Of a stretch of 64,000 nucleotides of DNA, positions 23,082 to 34,764 are shown piece after piece (the stretch's first letter is position 1; the number at the start of each line of letters is the position of its first letter). Under the pieces are notes generated by a model. It saw only the letters and a program-made list of their open reading frames with translations, had not been told where the DNA came from and did no database searches. A program made the position numbers and the translations under genes. Source of the DNA: Octopus sinensis (taxonomy: Eukaryota); NCBI RefSeq assembly GCF_006345805.1, contig NC_042998.1, forward strand, positions 158,100,001-158,164,000. The letters are read 5' to 3'.

Positions 23082-23293
23082 GCGGCCAGCTGGCAGAGTC
23101 ATCAGCACACCGGGCAAAATACTTAGCAACATTTCGTCCGTCCTTACGCCCTGAATTCAAATTCCACCGAGATCGACTTTGCCTTTTATTCTTTCGACTT
23201 GATAAAATAAGTACCAGTTGAGGACTGGGGTCAACGTAATTGACTTACTCCCTCTCCCGAACTTGCCGGTCTTGTGCCGAAATTTGAAACCAG

Positions 23294-23295
<2 letters not shown>
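23082..23295 (+). mobile_element. SINE family A copy
   Basis: gcggccagctggcagagtc..ctgaattcaaattccaccgagatcgactttgcctt..taagtaccagtt..ggtcttgtgccgaaatttgaaac. Confidence 0.85.
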
Positions 23296-23360
<65 letters not shown>

Positions 23361-23972
23361 TATTGTAGATAGGTAAATAATCAGCACAGTTTATAAGCGA
23401 TGGGTTTCGCTGATTCTGAGTGCTGAGGTTAAGCATTACAGAGTGTATCTTCTAGGGCAATCCTTTAGGTGAGTGGTTCTCAACGTTAAGCCTGGGAAAA
23501 TTTTGAGGGGGCCTTGCAATTTTTCTGGATTGGAAACAAACTGTTTTTAGTATTCAATTTGTAGTCTTGACCAACGTAACAAAGAAAATTCCAAAACGTA
23601 ACAAATAACGTAACAACACATTAAATTTGTCAAAGTTGTTACAAACGTAACAACTTTGACAACGCTGGTCTTGACTGAATATTTTTCTCAGATCACACCA
23701 CTACAGTAAGCATGTGATTTGCAGTTTGACCAAATCAATTGTGGAGTGGTGAGTCTTCCGTGAATGCAAGCATCTTTATGACAGTGTACCTGTTATATGT
23801 ATTTCCTAGCAGCACCCATGACAAGTTTGAGCCTATCTGCTACAATCACCTATGCAGCACGTTTTTAGTGATATAAATGTGTATCTATTGAAATCAAAAA
23901 CGGTCAATATTTTTAACTCTTATCTAATGGATCAGTCGAACAAATATTTGTTTGGTAAGTATTCTGCTTTAA

Positions 23973-25204
23973 TCTAGTATATATAAATCACAGTATGTGT
24001 ATGTATAATGACTAACGCATACATTTCCACAATTCTCAACCTATTTTCACCAAACTTTACACACGCATTCCTTATGTCCCAAGGATGGTCGTGCACTATA
24101 ACATTTTGCCCAGAGCTCACGCGTAAATGGACGTAAATGGACATAGTTGTTTTTCTTGGTTTGTAGGGTCTTTCATAATTTTTATAAAAGTGAAAGAATT
24201 TTGTCTATTTATTTATTTCAACTGCCTACCTGCAACGGTAACACAACACGTGTTATGTCTCCGGTAATTTTTTTTCATGAAAATAAATGTTTATGTAAAT
24301 TTAAGATTTATCCAAAAAACTTATTTAGCTGTTATTTTTAGCGCAACACGTGTTATGTTAATTTAAAAGATTTATCCAAAAAGTCTTACTTAGCTGTTAA
24401 TTTTACCACAACACGTGTTATGTCTCCAGTATTTATCTTTCATATAAATAAATGTTTATGTTAATTCAAAAGACTTATCTAAATTTCTTATTTAGCTGTT
24501 AGTTTTAGCACAAAACGTGTTATGTTTCCGGTAATGTTCTTTCATGTAAATGTTTATGTTAATTTTGAAGATTTATCCAAAAAATCTTTAGTTGTTATTT
24601 TTAGCACAACATTGTGTTATGTCTCCAGTAAATTTTTCCATGTAAATAAATGTTTATGTTAATTTAAAAGATTTATCCAAAAAAATCTTATTTAGCTATT
24701 ATTTTTAGCACAACACGTGAGCGAGGGTAAAGAATATGCACAGCCGAAAACGGATGGTGTGCGTATTCTTTACCTCCGCCTAACACTTGTTATGTCTCCG
24801 ATAATTTTCTTTCATGTAAATAAATGTTAATTTAAAAATGTGCCTGCAAAATCTTATAAAGTTACAATGTTCCAAAAGATGTGCATGTTTATATGTTATA
24901 TATGAAAATAAGAGTGAATAAAATATGCTTAAAAATCAACTATATTTTGTAGCCATTATCCATAATCTACTCCCAAAACACTTCAGTAGTTCTACTTTGC
25001 ATCGCTTGCAAACTTATATGATCTATGATCCTTTAAGTGCAACGACCTTCACAATAACCAGACTTCAATTTGATTTTTCGTTCCTAGGTTAATTGGAAAC
25101 ATAGATTGCTGTCCTACTCATAAACCTTCTCGGTCGTACAATTATTTGGTGAAAAATACCACCAAAGCAACTTAAACCGTCCAAAGGACGGGTGCGTTTT
25201 CTAG
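23973..25204 (+). mobile_element. Non-autonomous Helitron (1,232 bp) nested in the hAT
   Basis: 5' a|TCtagtatatataaa (23973). 3' hairpin ccgtcc-aaa-ggacgg (25177-25191), 9 nt, then CTAG|t (25201-25204). Inserted between A and T with no TSD. Removing it leaves a ~2.9 kb hAT. Confidence 0.8.
24244..24835 (+). repeat. ~100-bp AT-rich tandem array (6-7 degenerate units) inside the Helitron
   Basis: The unit-start motif caacacgtgttatg (or a variant) occurs at 24244, 24344, 24409, 24511, 24607, 24711 and 24781. Confidence 0.9.
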
Positions 25205-25242
25205 TTTGTTCATTTTTACGAAGCCGATACATTCCTTCTGAT

Positions 25243-25328
25243 TTATCGATTTATCCGTGGTTTCTAGAACCTTAATGATATACTATAGTATATTATTAAG
25301 GTTCTAGAAACCACGGATAAATCGATAA
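25243..25328. repeat. 86-bp loopless near-perfect palindrome
   Basis: ttatcgatttatccgtggtttctagaaccttaatgatatacta|tagtatattattaaggttctagaaaccacggataaatcgataa, with one G:T mismatch and centre at 25285/25286. Confidence 0.97.
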
Positions 25329-27781
25329 GAAAATTTGATAGTGCAATGGGCTATGTAAATCTCAACCAAAACATTAATAAAATGTGGCTCCAGCGACTTT
25401 CATCTTATGCATTCAGTTAGAATCACGTTATAAGAACAATCATAAGAGGTCTTTTTCTTTTTTTTTTTTAGTTTTCTTCAAATTTTGCAACATGATGTCA
25501 TCAGTTTCAAAAAGAGGAAATTTACCCGATCGAACAACCAAGACCACCCACCCCTTGGTTTTGCATCATCATACAGCGATGCAGATAAACCAAATTGCTT
25601 GGATTGTGGATTGGTGATGACGAATGATTCCATGAAGAAATCGAAATTAATGGCCCATCAGCAAATGACACACCCTGGTTCCGTTGGAAGAAGTCTCGAT
25701 TATCTTGAAAATACGTTGGAGATGCGGTGGAAAAATGCACATCTGCCATTAGAAGTATTCATACAGAAAAAACGATGTTGGTAAAAAAAAGGGACTGAGA
25801 GCAAGCTACGCAGTGAGTGAATTAGCTGCAAAGGCAAGTAAATCTCATACAATCGCTGAAATTCTAGTTAAACCAACAATTTTGGCGTGTGTAAAAGAAA
25901 TGCTTAGAGAAGAGGCCGCCCTGTTCTACACAAAGTCCCTTTGTTTAATGATACAGTTAAAAGAAGGCAGGAAGAGATGGCAGAAAAGCTGGAGGAACAA
26001 CTGGTGGTCAAGCTTAAAGTCTTTAAAGTTTTCTCTCCAAATCAGAAACAACTCTTCATTACTGCTGCTTGCTACTTGTCTACGTTCGCTTTATCGAAGA
26101 GCTGACTATACGTGAAGAAATTTCCTTTATGAAAGCTTAACTGATACAAAGAGTGAGACTATATTTGAAGCTGTCAAATCTTATTTCGAAGAAAAAGAAA
26201 TCCCATTATCGAATCTGCTGCAAATTGCTACAGACGGTGCAAATGCATTGACAGGTAGACACAATAGATTTATAGCAAAATTGTAAGAAATTGCATCCGA
26301 CATCTTGTCAATTCACAGCATCATCCATCGACAACACCTTGCTGCTAAATCACTCAATGGAAAGTGCTCTCCAATTGGCGATTTCATCTGACACTTTTGT
26401 CAAAGCCAATGCTCTCAACGAAAGGCTATTTTCAAAACTCTGCGAAAATGAGGAGCACAAAACGCTTCTATTACATACCTGAGTTCGATGGCTGTCAAAA
26501 GGCGATTGTCTCTCACGCCTTGTACAAATGTGGGATTCACTTCTGCTTTTCCTTGAGAACATGCGCCTTCAAGCAAGCCGGTGGAAGCAAAAGGAAAAGG
26601 CAAACTTCCTGCTTGAAGCTATGAATGATATCGACACAAAGGCAAAAATTTTCTAATTTGCCAACATTTTCTCGTAGGTAAATGCCTTAAATAAACTGAT
26701 TCAAAGATGCGGTGCGGCGATAGTGGACTGTACCGAGAAGATACGGTCATTCACAAACAAGCTTTGGTTTATGGGTAATTCAGTTTCAAAGGGGCGAATT
26801 TGCCTTTTTTTAGTCATCTTGTTAAAACGGAACAACCAGAAGCAGTAATCACCAGCTGTGTCAGCTATTTGAAGAGCTTGCAAATGGATATGAGAAGATG
26901 CTTCCAAGATATACTCGACTTGAAGCCACCGAAGTGGGTTTTTGACCTTCATCATTATGATGTTATTAGCGATGAAGATCTTAATTCCAAATTTGTAGCC
27001 GAGCTGCTTGGTCTTAAGGAGAATGCAATCTTAATGACGAAGTTGGATAGAGAACGTCTTCGTGGTTGGCTGCATATACATTTTTTCTTGAAGCAAACCC
27101 GTTTCTCCTCTGCTTTCCAATATCCTGGTTAGTTAAAGATGGATTTTCTGCAGTGAGTGACATTTTCACAAGAAAAAAAAAACGGCGTGTTCTTCAAATT
27201 GCGAAAAGAGGAGATTTGCGTCTCGAGTTGAACCAATCCTTTGAAGTTCAAATTGATACCCTAACTGAAAAATACCAACCGCAATGTAGCCATTAAATTG
27301 CTTCTTCATTTCTTGTAAATGTAAATGTAAATATAAATTTCTTCCATTTCTCGATGTTTCCCTTTTTTTTTTGCTTGCAGGTTCCATAAACAAAAGGATA
27401 TTATAACACTGATGTAGTTTTTATTTAACGATTGCGATTGTACCCGTGCATGAAGCTAGCATATAGAAACAATTACTACTTTATGGGGTTTATATTCCGG
27501 AAGAGGGTCGGGTAACTGATTTAGAAGTCAGTGAGCCTGGGATTCATTGATCATAAAAAAGTGAGCTCGTAGGTGAAAAAGTTTGAGAACCACTGCTTTA
27601 GATAGTCACTTTGTATGAATAAAGTTCCAGTAATTAATTTTTATTTCACACAATTGCCATAAAATTACATTTTTAAATTAATGGATTGATCAAATGACTA
27701 AATGTTGGCTATAAGAATTTGGATATAATTCTTTTGAGTTTTGCAATCAGTGCTAGCTGACTATGGTAATGGAGTGTTTAC

Positions 27782-27826
27782 CTGAGGTTTGAATCCATTC
27801 TTCAGTCGAAGCCGGCAATAGCCTAC
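27782..27826 (-). CDS. Candidate 45-nt (or 41-nt) coding exon of an unidentified minus-strand gene
   Basis: Acceptor tttgcatttctatttag| (alternative gtag| at 27822) and donor ctcag|gtaaac. Open frame RLLPASTEEWIQTS. Lies in non-repetitive sequence. Confidence 0.4.
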
Positions 27827-28322
27827 CTAAATAGAAATGCAAATATCCTTAATGAATCAATTGAGTACCCATTTCCTTTTTAGTAAATAAACATGTAAAC
27901 GTCTTTTAAATATTTATAAGTAATTATAATCATAACAAAACTCTCTGGTGTTCAAGCTTGCATTTACTAAATAACGAATCTATATAGCAAACTGACCTGC
28001 AGCTGAAACTAAGCAACCATCAATCGAATTGCTAATAACTTGATTGAACTGTCTGCATAATAGATGAAGTCGTTCGGTAACTCAATTATAGTAGAGAATA
28101 TAATGTATAAATTCTGGTTCTCACCACTCCCAAATTCTCTGAAAAGTTGAGCAATCTTTGTGTATGCAAACTGCCAGCATGTCTGACCAGGAAATACGTT
28201 TCCTTTCATTTTCGCTTCTAACTTGCATTTGTCATTAAGAAGATGGTTACGAAGTGCGTTTAAGACCACGTGACGTTCGAATTCGATCCTACTGCACCAC
28301 ACCTTGAATAAATGATTTTTAC

Positions 28323-28448
28323 CTGGTTTCGGGTTGACCCAAAACGGATGTAAAATTAGGTGGGGAGAAACTGGGGAGAATCCGTCGAATTGATTGTACC
28401 AGTTGCTGGGTGCTGGACATATGTACTTCAAAATATAAAATCCCGTGG
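28323..28448 (-). CDS. Candidate 126-nt coding exon of an unidentified minus-strand gene
   Basis: Acceptor gtttgaaatag| and donor accag|gtaaaa. Two frames are open (HGILYFEVHMSSTQQLVQSIRRILPSFSPPNFTSVLGQPET or TGFYILKYICPAPSNWYNQFDGFSPVSPHLILHPFWVNPKP). Either can splice in frame to 27782-27826/27822. Confidence 0.35.
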
Positions 28449-29039
28449 CTATTTCAAACAGATCTTACTGCTGTAACTAAGACTATAAATCATATAAAAT
28501 TCATCCAACTGATAAAGAGATATTTTCTGGAAATAACTTTGCAATATAGAATCCATTTGTTCTGCTTTGAATAAAATTGCTTTCATAAAATTCCATTTAA
28601 GAATCATAAATAAAGTCAAATGTATTTTAGCCCCGTCAGCATGAAATGACAGTTGCTTTGGTTATAGATATTGTTATTTATGCCGCAAGTAAAAATCACT
28701 GAAGCTGTTATTACTACTGCTAAAACGATTGCTGTTTCATACTGTTTCATACTGTTTTTGTTTTGCTCCTTTGTTTCTGTTTTTATCTCGATTTATTTTA
28801 TATTTATTTATTTATTGTCTTTTCATATAGAAAAGTTCTACAACTGGTTTTCGTGTGAAACAGCCATTGCAAAACCAAGCCGAAGTAGAGCTCTGGTCTT
28901 ATTATTTTATTTCCGATTGCAGCCATTTGACCTGACTTGTTTTGCTATTGTTTAATAAGACGAAGTGAGTAAATCACAATCTCAGTTTTCATCAATGTGG
29001 AAAAAATATGATTGATATTCAAACTGTTATCGTTTGAAT

Positions 29040-29050
29040 TATTATTATTA

Positions 29051-29121
<71 letters not shown>

Positions 29122-29205
29122 TCAGCAGCAGCAGTAACGGCAGCAGCAGTAACGGCAGCATCAGCAACTTCTGTTGGCGATGATGATGATGATGATGATG
29201 ATACT
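29040..29205. repeat. (ATT)(AGT)(AGC)(GAT) compound trinucleotide microsatellite
   Basis: Read directly. Confidence 0.9.
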
Positions 29206-29574
29206 AGCAGTTTTCCTAATGTTACACTTGGCCAATGTAGTTGGTGCTAATTCAACTGGTGCCATGCTCTTTGCCGTCGAAGCTACTGCCGACTTCTTAG
29301 TCTTTCTCATGTTGCTAAGTGATATCAACTGGCTTCTTTCTTCTTTCGACTGATGAGTCCATTTATATTGTTTTCTTTTTCTTTCGTTCACTGCTATGGC
29401 TATTGTCACAAACGTACAAACATTGTCACTCCGCCACACATACAAGCAAATATATTCACTCGCACGCACTCAGAATATGTTTCTAGGGATGTATACATAC
29501 ATACATACATATATACATACATACATGCATACATATAGAGATACATAGAGACACAGACAAATATGTGTATGTGC

Positions 29575-29950
29575 ACGTGGGCGTGGCTGTGTGATACAAA
29601 GTTTGCTTCCCAACTACATGGTTCTGGGTTCAGTCCCACTGCGTGTCACCTTCAACAAGTGTCATATGCTATAGCCTGTTAGTGAATTTGGTAGACAGAA
29701 TCTGAAGGAAACCTCTTGTATATTTGTGTGAGTGTGTATGTGTTTTCGTATTTGTGTTCTTTACCCGACACCGTTTGACAACTGGTGTTGGTCTGTTTAC
29801 GTCCCCGTAGCCTAATGGTTCGGCAAAAGAAACCAATAGAATAAGTACTGGGCTTTAAAATGTACTCGGATCGATTTGTTTGACTAAACCCCTCAAGGTG
29901 GTCCCCGACCATAGCCTTACTCCAGTGACTGAAACACCTCAAAAAAGAAA
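29575..29950 (+). mobile_element. SINE family B copy
   Basis: gtggctgtgtg..ggttcagtcccactgcgtgtcacc..tttacgtccccgtagcc..gactgaaacac. Confidence 0.8.
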
Positions 29951-30049
29951 AGCTATATATTTGTATATTCATACGTACGTATCCATACATACCTGTATAT
30001 ATGTGTGCATGTGTGTGAGTGTGTGTGTGCACGCACACGTATGTCTGTA

Positions 30050-33000
30050 ACTCTAAAGTAGCAAAACTGTGAAATCGTATGAAAGGGGGAATAATCTGCT
30101 GTTAGCTAAGTTATGTAAAACTTGAGACCTGTACATTGAAAAGTCTATATGGTCAGATTCAAAGTGCTGCTTGATTCTTAAGTAACATTTACATAAGGAA
30201 TGTCTATTTCGTAAAGAGCTCGTTTGAAATGTCAAAATACATGGAACATTTAGTGTGACATGTGGTTTAAGAAATCGAGTATGTCAGGTGGAGGTGAAAT
30301 TAAGTGAGTCTAACACAATTCTATGTAAAGTGGCTTTAAACAATTTGAATGTCAGAAGGAGTAGAGATATGCAAAATGGCTGCAGAAATTGTATATAACG
30401 TGAGTAATTGATAGTATGTGGATCTCTCTGAGCAAGGCTTAGAAAGGAAAGAATATTCCAAGACATGTCCGGATTCCGTAAAAGTTTGCAATAACAAGTG
30501 ATTGAAGAAAGTTTGCATGTCATTAAGAAGTGAATCTTATGTGTGTCTATCTAACTGATTTGAGGGCGTCAGAATTATTATGAATTCCAGATATGTATTA
30601 CGTGAGTGTCTATTTAGATTAATGAGTGCTCAGTGTATGTCACGATAAGTGTAATCTCTGAGATAAATATTATCATAGTGATATTCCAATGGGCTGTTAG
30701 AGGATGTAGGCATCTATAAAGAAAATATTTCCTGATATTTTGCAATTGCTAAATTTTCTTTAATCTTTCTTCTTATATGTGCTTACTCCACGAAGCTGAT
30801 ATTTCATTGTTCCGTTGGAGTACGATTGGTATTTTATCACGACTTTTTCCGCCTGTTTGTAAAATCCGTTTTGATTTCTCTCAGGTTTCAAACCTGTTTA
30901 GTGTTGTGAAAGTCTGTTTGTTGATGTTCCTCAAAATTTTGTTGCAGCTTTAAAATGTATGCGTGAACTTAACATCAACAATATATTCATGTAATATCTC
31001 TTCTCAACTATTTGTTGCTGAGGTGGCTTTGATTTCATGCATGATGATGAATATTTGATTTCAAGATTATGATTCAGCCTTCTCACACGAAAATTCTGGA
31101 ACACCATAGACATCTGTCTTGCTGGTGATGAGTGTGTTTAATTGAAAGAACAGCTTTAATTGAATTCAATGCTACCTATAGCTATGATTTGTCACAAAAT
31201 TTCCTCTAAAAGAGCTGTGAATTTCTTACTTCATTATGTATAATGTTTAAGGAATGGAGGCGAACCATCTAATTTTTCTTTGTCTATTTTTCTGACAATC
31301 ATAGCTTAATTGACTACTGGAGAATTATAAAATATTCATTTTGAAGCCGCCGAAGGCTGAAGCATAGTTGTAGAAAAATGTCGCCCTGTAAAGGATATTT
31401 TTAGAAGATAGATAAGAATTCATTGAATTAATATTACTAATCTGGTTTCTAAAACAATAGGATTTGGAAGCAGTGCCTATTCATATATTTTATTCTTTCT
31501 TTAGGTTTCTTCAAATACTTGTGATTATTATGCAATCAACTAAGACTCTCATTAAAATAAATCTATGTTTTATTGGAAGCTAGAATGTATTTAGGTCTCA
31601 GGTTATAAAATATTGCTATAACATTCATTCTAAAGATATCTATGATGTGACACTACTAGCTCGTTGTCACGATACAACACTGAATTAAAATTAGTGACTT
31701 CGTGGAGTTAGATTTCGAAGTAGCTGTATATATTATCCTTCTCAGATTTCGAAAAAATAGTCGCATCTCTACAACTATACATGACATCATCTGCACGGAA
31801 CAACAGTACCAGTCGATTCTGATGCGAATATTCCGTCAATATTTTATATGTTGACATATTTATATCTATGATATAACAGCAGTTTTATCTATGTTTATCC
31901 CACTGTCAGTATTTTGATGATTTTGGAGGTAGTTGTTGTTTATACTTGTTAATGTCGTCTACAGAAATGTTTCATACACACATTTCTGGTGGAGTTTAAG
32001 GGCTTCATTCTCTCTTTTGTTCTTTAGATATTTTGTAGCTATCTCCTGGCCTGAGATTACATAAACAAAACTTTCAAAAAGGGTTTTGATTGTAACAGTC
32101 TCGACTCTAAGAAAGGTTGTACGTCTCTTTGACTCCTGACCATTATATGTTAATGGTAACATTATCCTTAAATGTATGACAAACACATTCATTCGTAATC
32201 TCTGGCATATTTAAAGCGTTTCTCTTGCAGGTTTTTATGGAAGTACGCTAATTATGGAATCGTATCGGAAGTTATCACGAAGCATGTACTTCTTGAAGCA
32301 TATGTATGTATGTTTGTATGTATACATGTAAGAGTATGTGAGTATGTGTAGGAATGTGCATGATTGTGTATGTGAATGTGTTTCTATGTATGTGTGTTTG
32401 CTTTTTCTTTAGAATTATTTAATTTTTTTATATTTTGCAGAATCGAAAGCCAGTCAGTAACAAATTTACAATGCTTTTCTTATACATATGTCAAGACAGT
32501 TAGTGGGGTTTTGAATGTGTATGGATCTATGTATGGGGGAGTGTGAATAAAATCGCACTTTTGTAGAGGTCGTGCATGTCACTTTAGTTGCCAAGCGTAC
32601 GTATATCGTATGCAAATATAAATGTGTGCATATGACGTATATATCCATAAACCTAATCTGGAAAACTTCTGGAAAGTTTAACAACTTTTTACTTGCAGTC
32701 AGGTTTATATGAAAGGCTCCCAGAGGATCCTACTCTCGGCCTTTAAGGCTTGAGTCTGATGTTCAAAGTTTATCACAGCTCTACACTAAAATGTGTTCAG
32801 TAAAAATTTATAAAGAATATTCACAAATATCCGACGAAGTATCTTAAAGCAACATCTAATTGCAATAGTTATGCCATAAAAAAATTTAGGAAACTCAGCA
32901 GTCCCTATCGTGGACAAATGTGAACATTCTTAAACATCTACTCATATCGTCCACATTGGTATGACACAATTAATGAAGTTTATCAAAATGTGGAAATTTA

Positions 33001-33600
33001 GAAATAACCTTCTTTCTGATGCTCTAGGTAAGAGGTAGTGTATCTATATAGTTTCGGCTATACTTCCTGGTAAAGTTGTTTCTGTTTTCTAGTTTGCAGG
33101 ATATGTACACACGTATAATCTTCTCTTATGAAGATGGATATTTCTCTTCCAAGTCTTTGTTTAAATAGGTTACTCCAACTAACCTTGATTCTCATGGAAT
33201 AAGTGTACATCCAAAATGCCTATTCATAAGTTATTCACCAAATTTTACCATACAATTATTTTTCACTGTAGTACATAGATGTAGGGTATTCATTTCTCTC
33301 TTTACATAAATACAGTAGATGTTGTTTAAGGGATACAGTGCAATACTGGACTAATCTTATACGTCTACTTCCATTCCTCCACTTAACGTGGGTTTTGTCA
33401 ATGACACTATTGGTGTGGAAGTTACCAATAGTTATAATTATCTCCTAATCTCGACATCCAAGTTGAAGATCTTTTCAACAGCCCTGTGTATATTCTTAAA
33501 CGTTGGTATTAGTGCTGACATTGCGGAGAGAATTTGGAGAACAAGGTCTTAGCAAACAGCGCTGACTTCTATATATTTCCGAGTCTGCTGAAGTATCCTT
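30050..33600 (-). mobile_element. Long, heavily decayed L1/Tx1-like LINE (APE-like then RT-like remnants)
   Basis: Minus-strand motifs appear in the expected order: ITIGNFHT (GDFN-like, ~33420), HRSIHIQN (RPISL-like, ~32520), NGQES (~32140), LF(r)ADDV (~31790), TRLVILIQ*ILIYLL (~31440), KEKLDGSPPFLKHY (~31270). No intact ORF. Confidence 0.4.
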
Positions 33601-34024
33601 TAACACGTCAGCTTTGCTCACAGTACAATTGAATATATACACATACACACAAACTATGGGGGTTTAGTTCACAGGTGATCTAAACGATTAGGAACACTCC
33701 AGGTAAGTGCTGTAAGGGATTACCAGGGCTCCAAGGTTATAGCCGAGACGGTAGTTATGGAATCATTGAAGATTTCCGGTGCAGCGGATATATAATTGTT
33801 AAAGAGGACAACAAACATTAAGAGATGTTTGCCTTGTCTTATTGCTTGTTGTCCTTTCGACTTATTTTAGAACATGGTTGAGTCCATATAATAGGATTTG
33901 ACTACACCTCCATTAAGAGCACAGTTTAAGCTATCTTTTCGTGGAAGAAGATTTGTGTTCCTATAACCTATGTTAATTATGTAACCCTTTAAAATGGAAG
34001 AAAGTTCATTTTCGGCACTTGATG

Positions 34025-34371
34025 TTTTGGGAACCAGACAAAAATTGCTGCAGCTCGGCTGGGATGTGTTACACCACCCTCCATATTCACCAGATATTGC
34101 TCCTTCTGATTTCCACTTATTCAGATCTCTGCAGAATAGTCTTAATAGTAAACATTTCAATTCCTTGGATGACGTAAAAAGATACCTTGATGAATTCTTT
34201 GCGATGAAACCACCTCAATTCTGGAAAGAGGGTATTTTCAAGTTAAAGGAAAGATGGAGACGCATTGTGCAACAAAATGGTTCATGTTTGGTTGATTAAA
34301 AATGTAATGGCAAGTATTTATTGAGCTTTTTCTTTCCTTTAAAAATCGGCACGAACTTTCCGGACAACCCA

Positions 34372-34374
<3 letters not shown>
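34025..34374 (+). mobile_element. Mariner 3' fragment with right TIR
   Basis: TRQKLLQLGWDVLHHPPYSPDIAPSDFHLFRSLQNSL..WKEGIFKLKERWRRIVQQNGSCLVD*. TIR aaatcggcacgaactttccggacaacccaata followed by (TA)n. Confidence 0.92.
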
Positions 34375-34438
<64 letters not shown>

Positions 34439-34764
34439 ATATATATATATATATCCGTACATGTAGGTAGGTAGGTAGGTAGGAAGAAATCAATTGAATA
34501 AAAGGTGTGATAAACTGCAGAATCAGTGTTTGGAACAAGCATACATTATGTAGTTTGGTTCTGTCGAGTTACGTGCCATCATGTCCTTATTGACTTTATC
34601 TTCTTGACTGAAAACAAGACGAAATACAAAGCTCGACATAACTAAAATCCTTTTACTAGCAGTGCCCAGGTATGATCCCAGACTAGGGATCGATGAGTAA
34701 AAGAATAAAAGATTACAAGATGGCACCGCATTCTCTCATACGTGCATACGTACGTACAAAAAAC

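Larger units (their letters stand above)
23471..27595 (+). mobile_element. Full-length but inactivated hAT DNA transposon, Buster/Charlie type (4,125 bp including nested insertions)
   Basis: TIRs gagtggttctcaacgtt (23471) and aaagtttgagaaccactg (ending 27595). 8-bp TSD ctttaggt (23463-70) / ctttagat (27596-603) with central TA. Transposase relic ~25490-27296: KPNCLDCGLVMTNDSMKKSKL (BED), KSHTIAEILVKP, ATDGANALTG..IHSIIHRQHLAAK, LLLHT*VRWLSKG, FPISWLVKDGFS..DLRL..QPQCSH*. Many stops and frameshifts. Confidence 0.92.

Noticed and set aside
24244-24835. CRISPR-like array
   Set aside because: Whole units are homologous with no unique spacers, there are no cas genes, and the context is eukaryotic.
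29161-29469. Minus-strand ORF KRKQYKWTHQSKEERSQLISL..
   Set aside because: It runs out of a SINE-flanking region into a microsatellite, lacks a convincing donor, and has no identifiable family.
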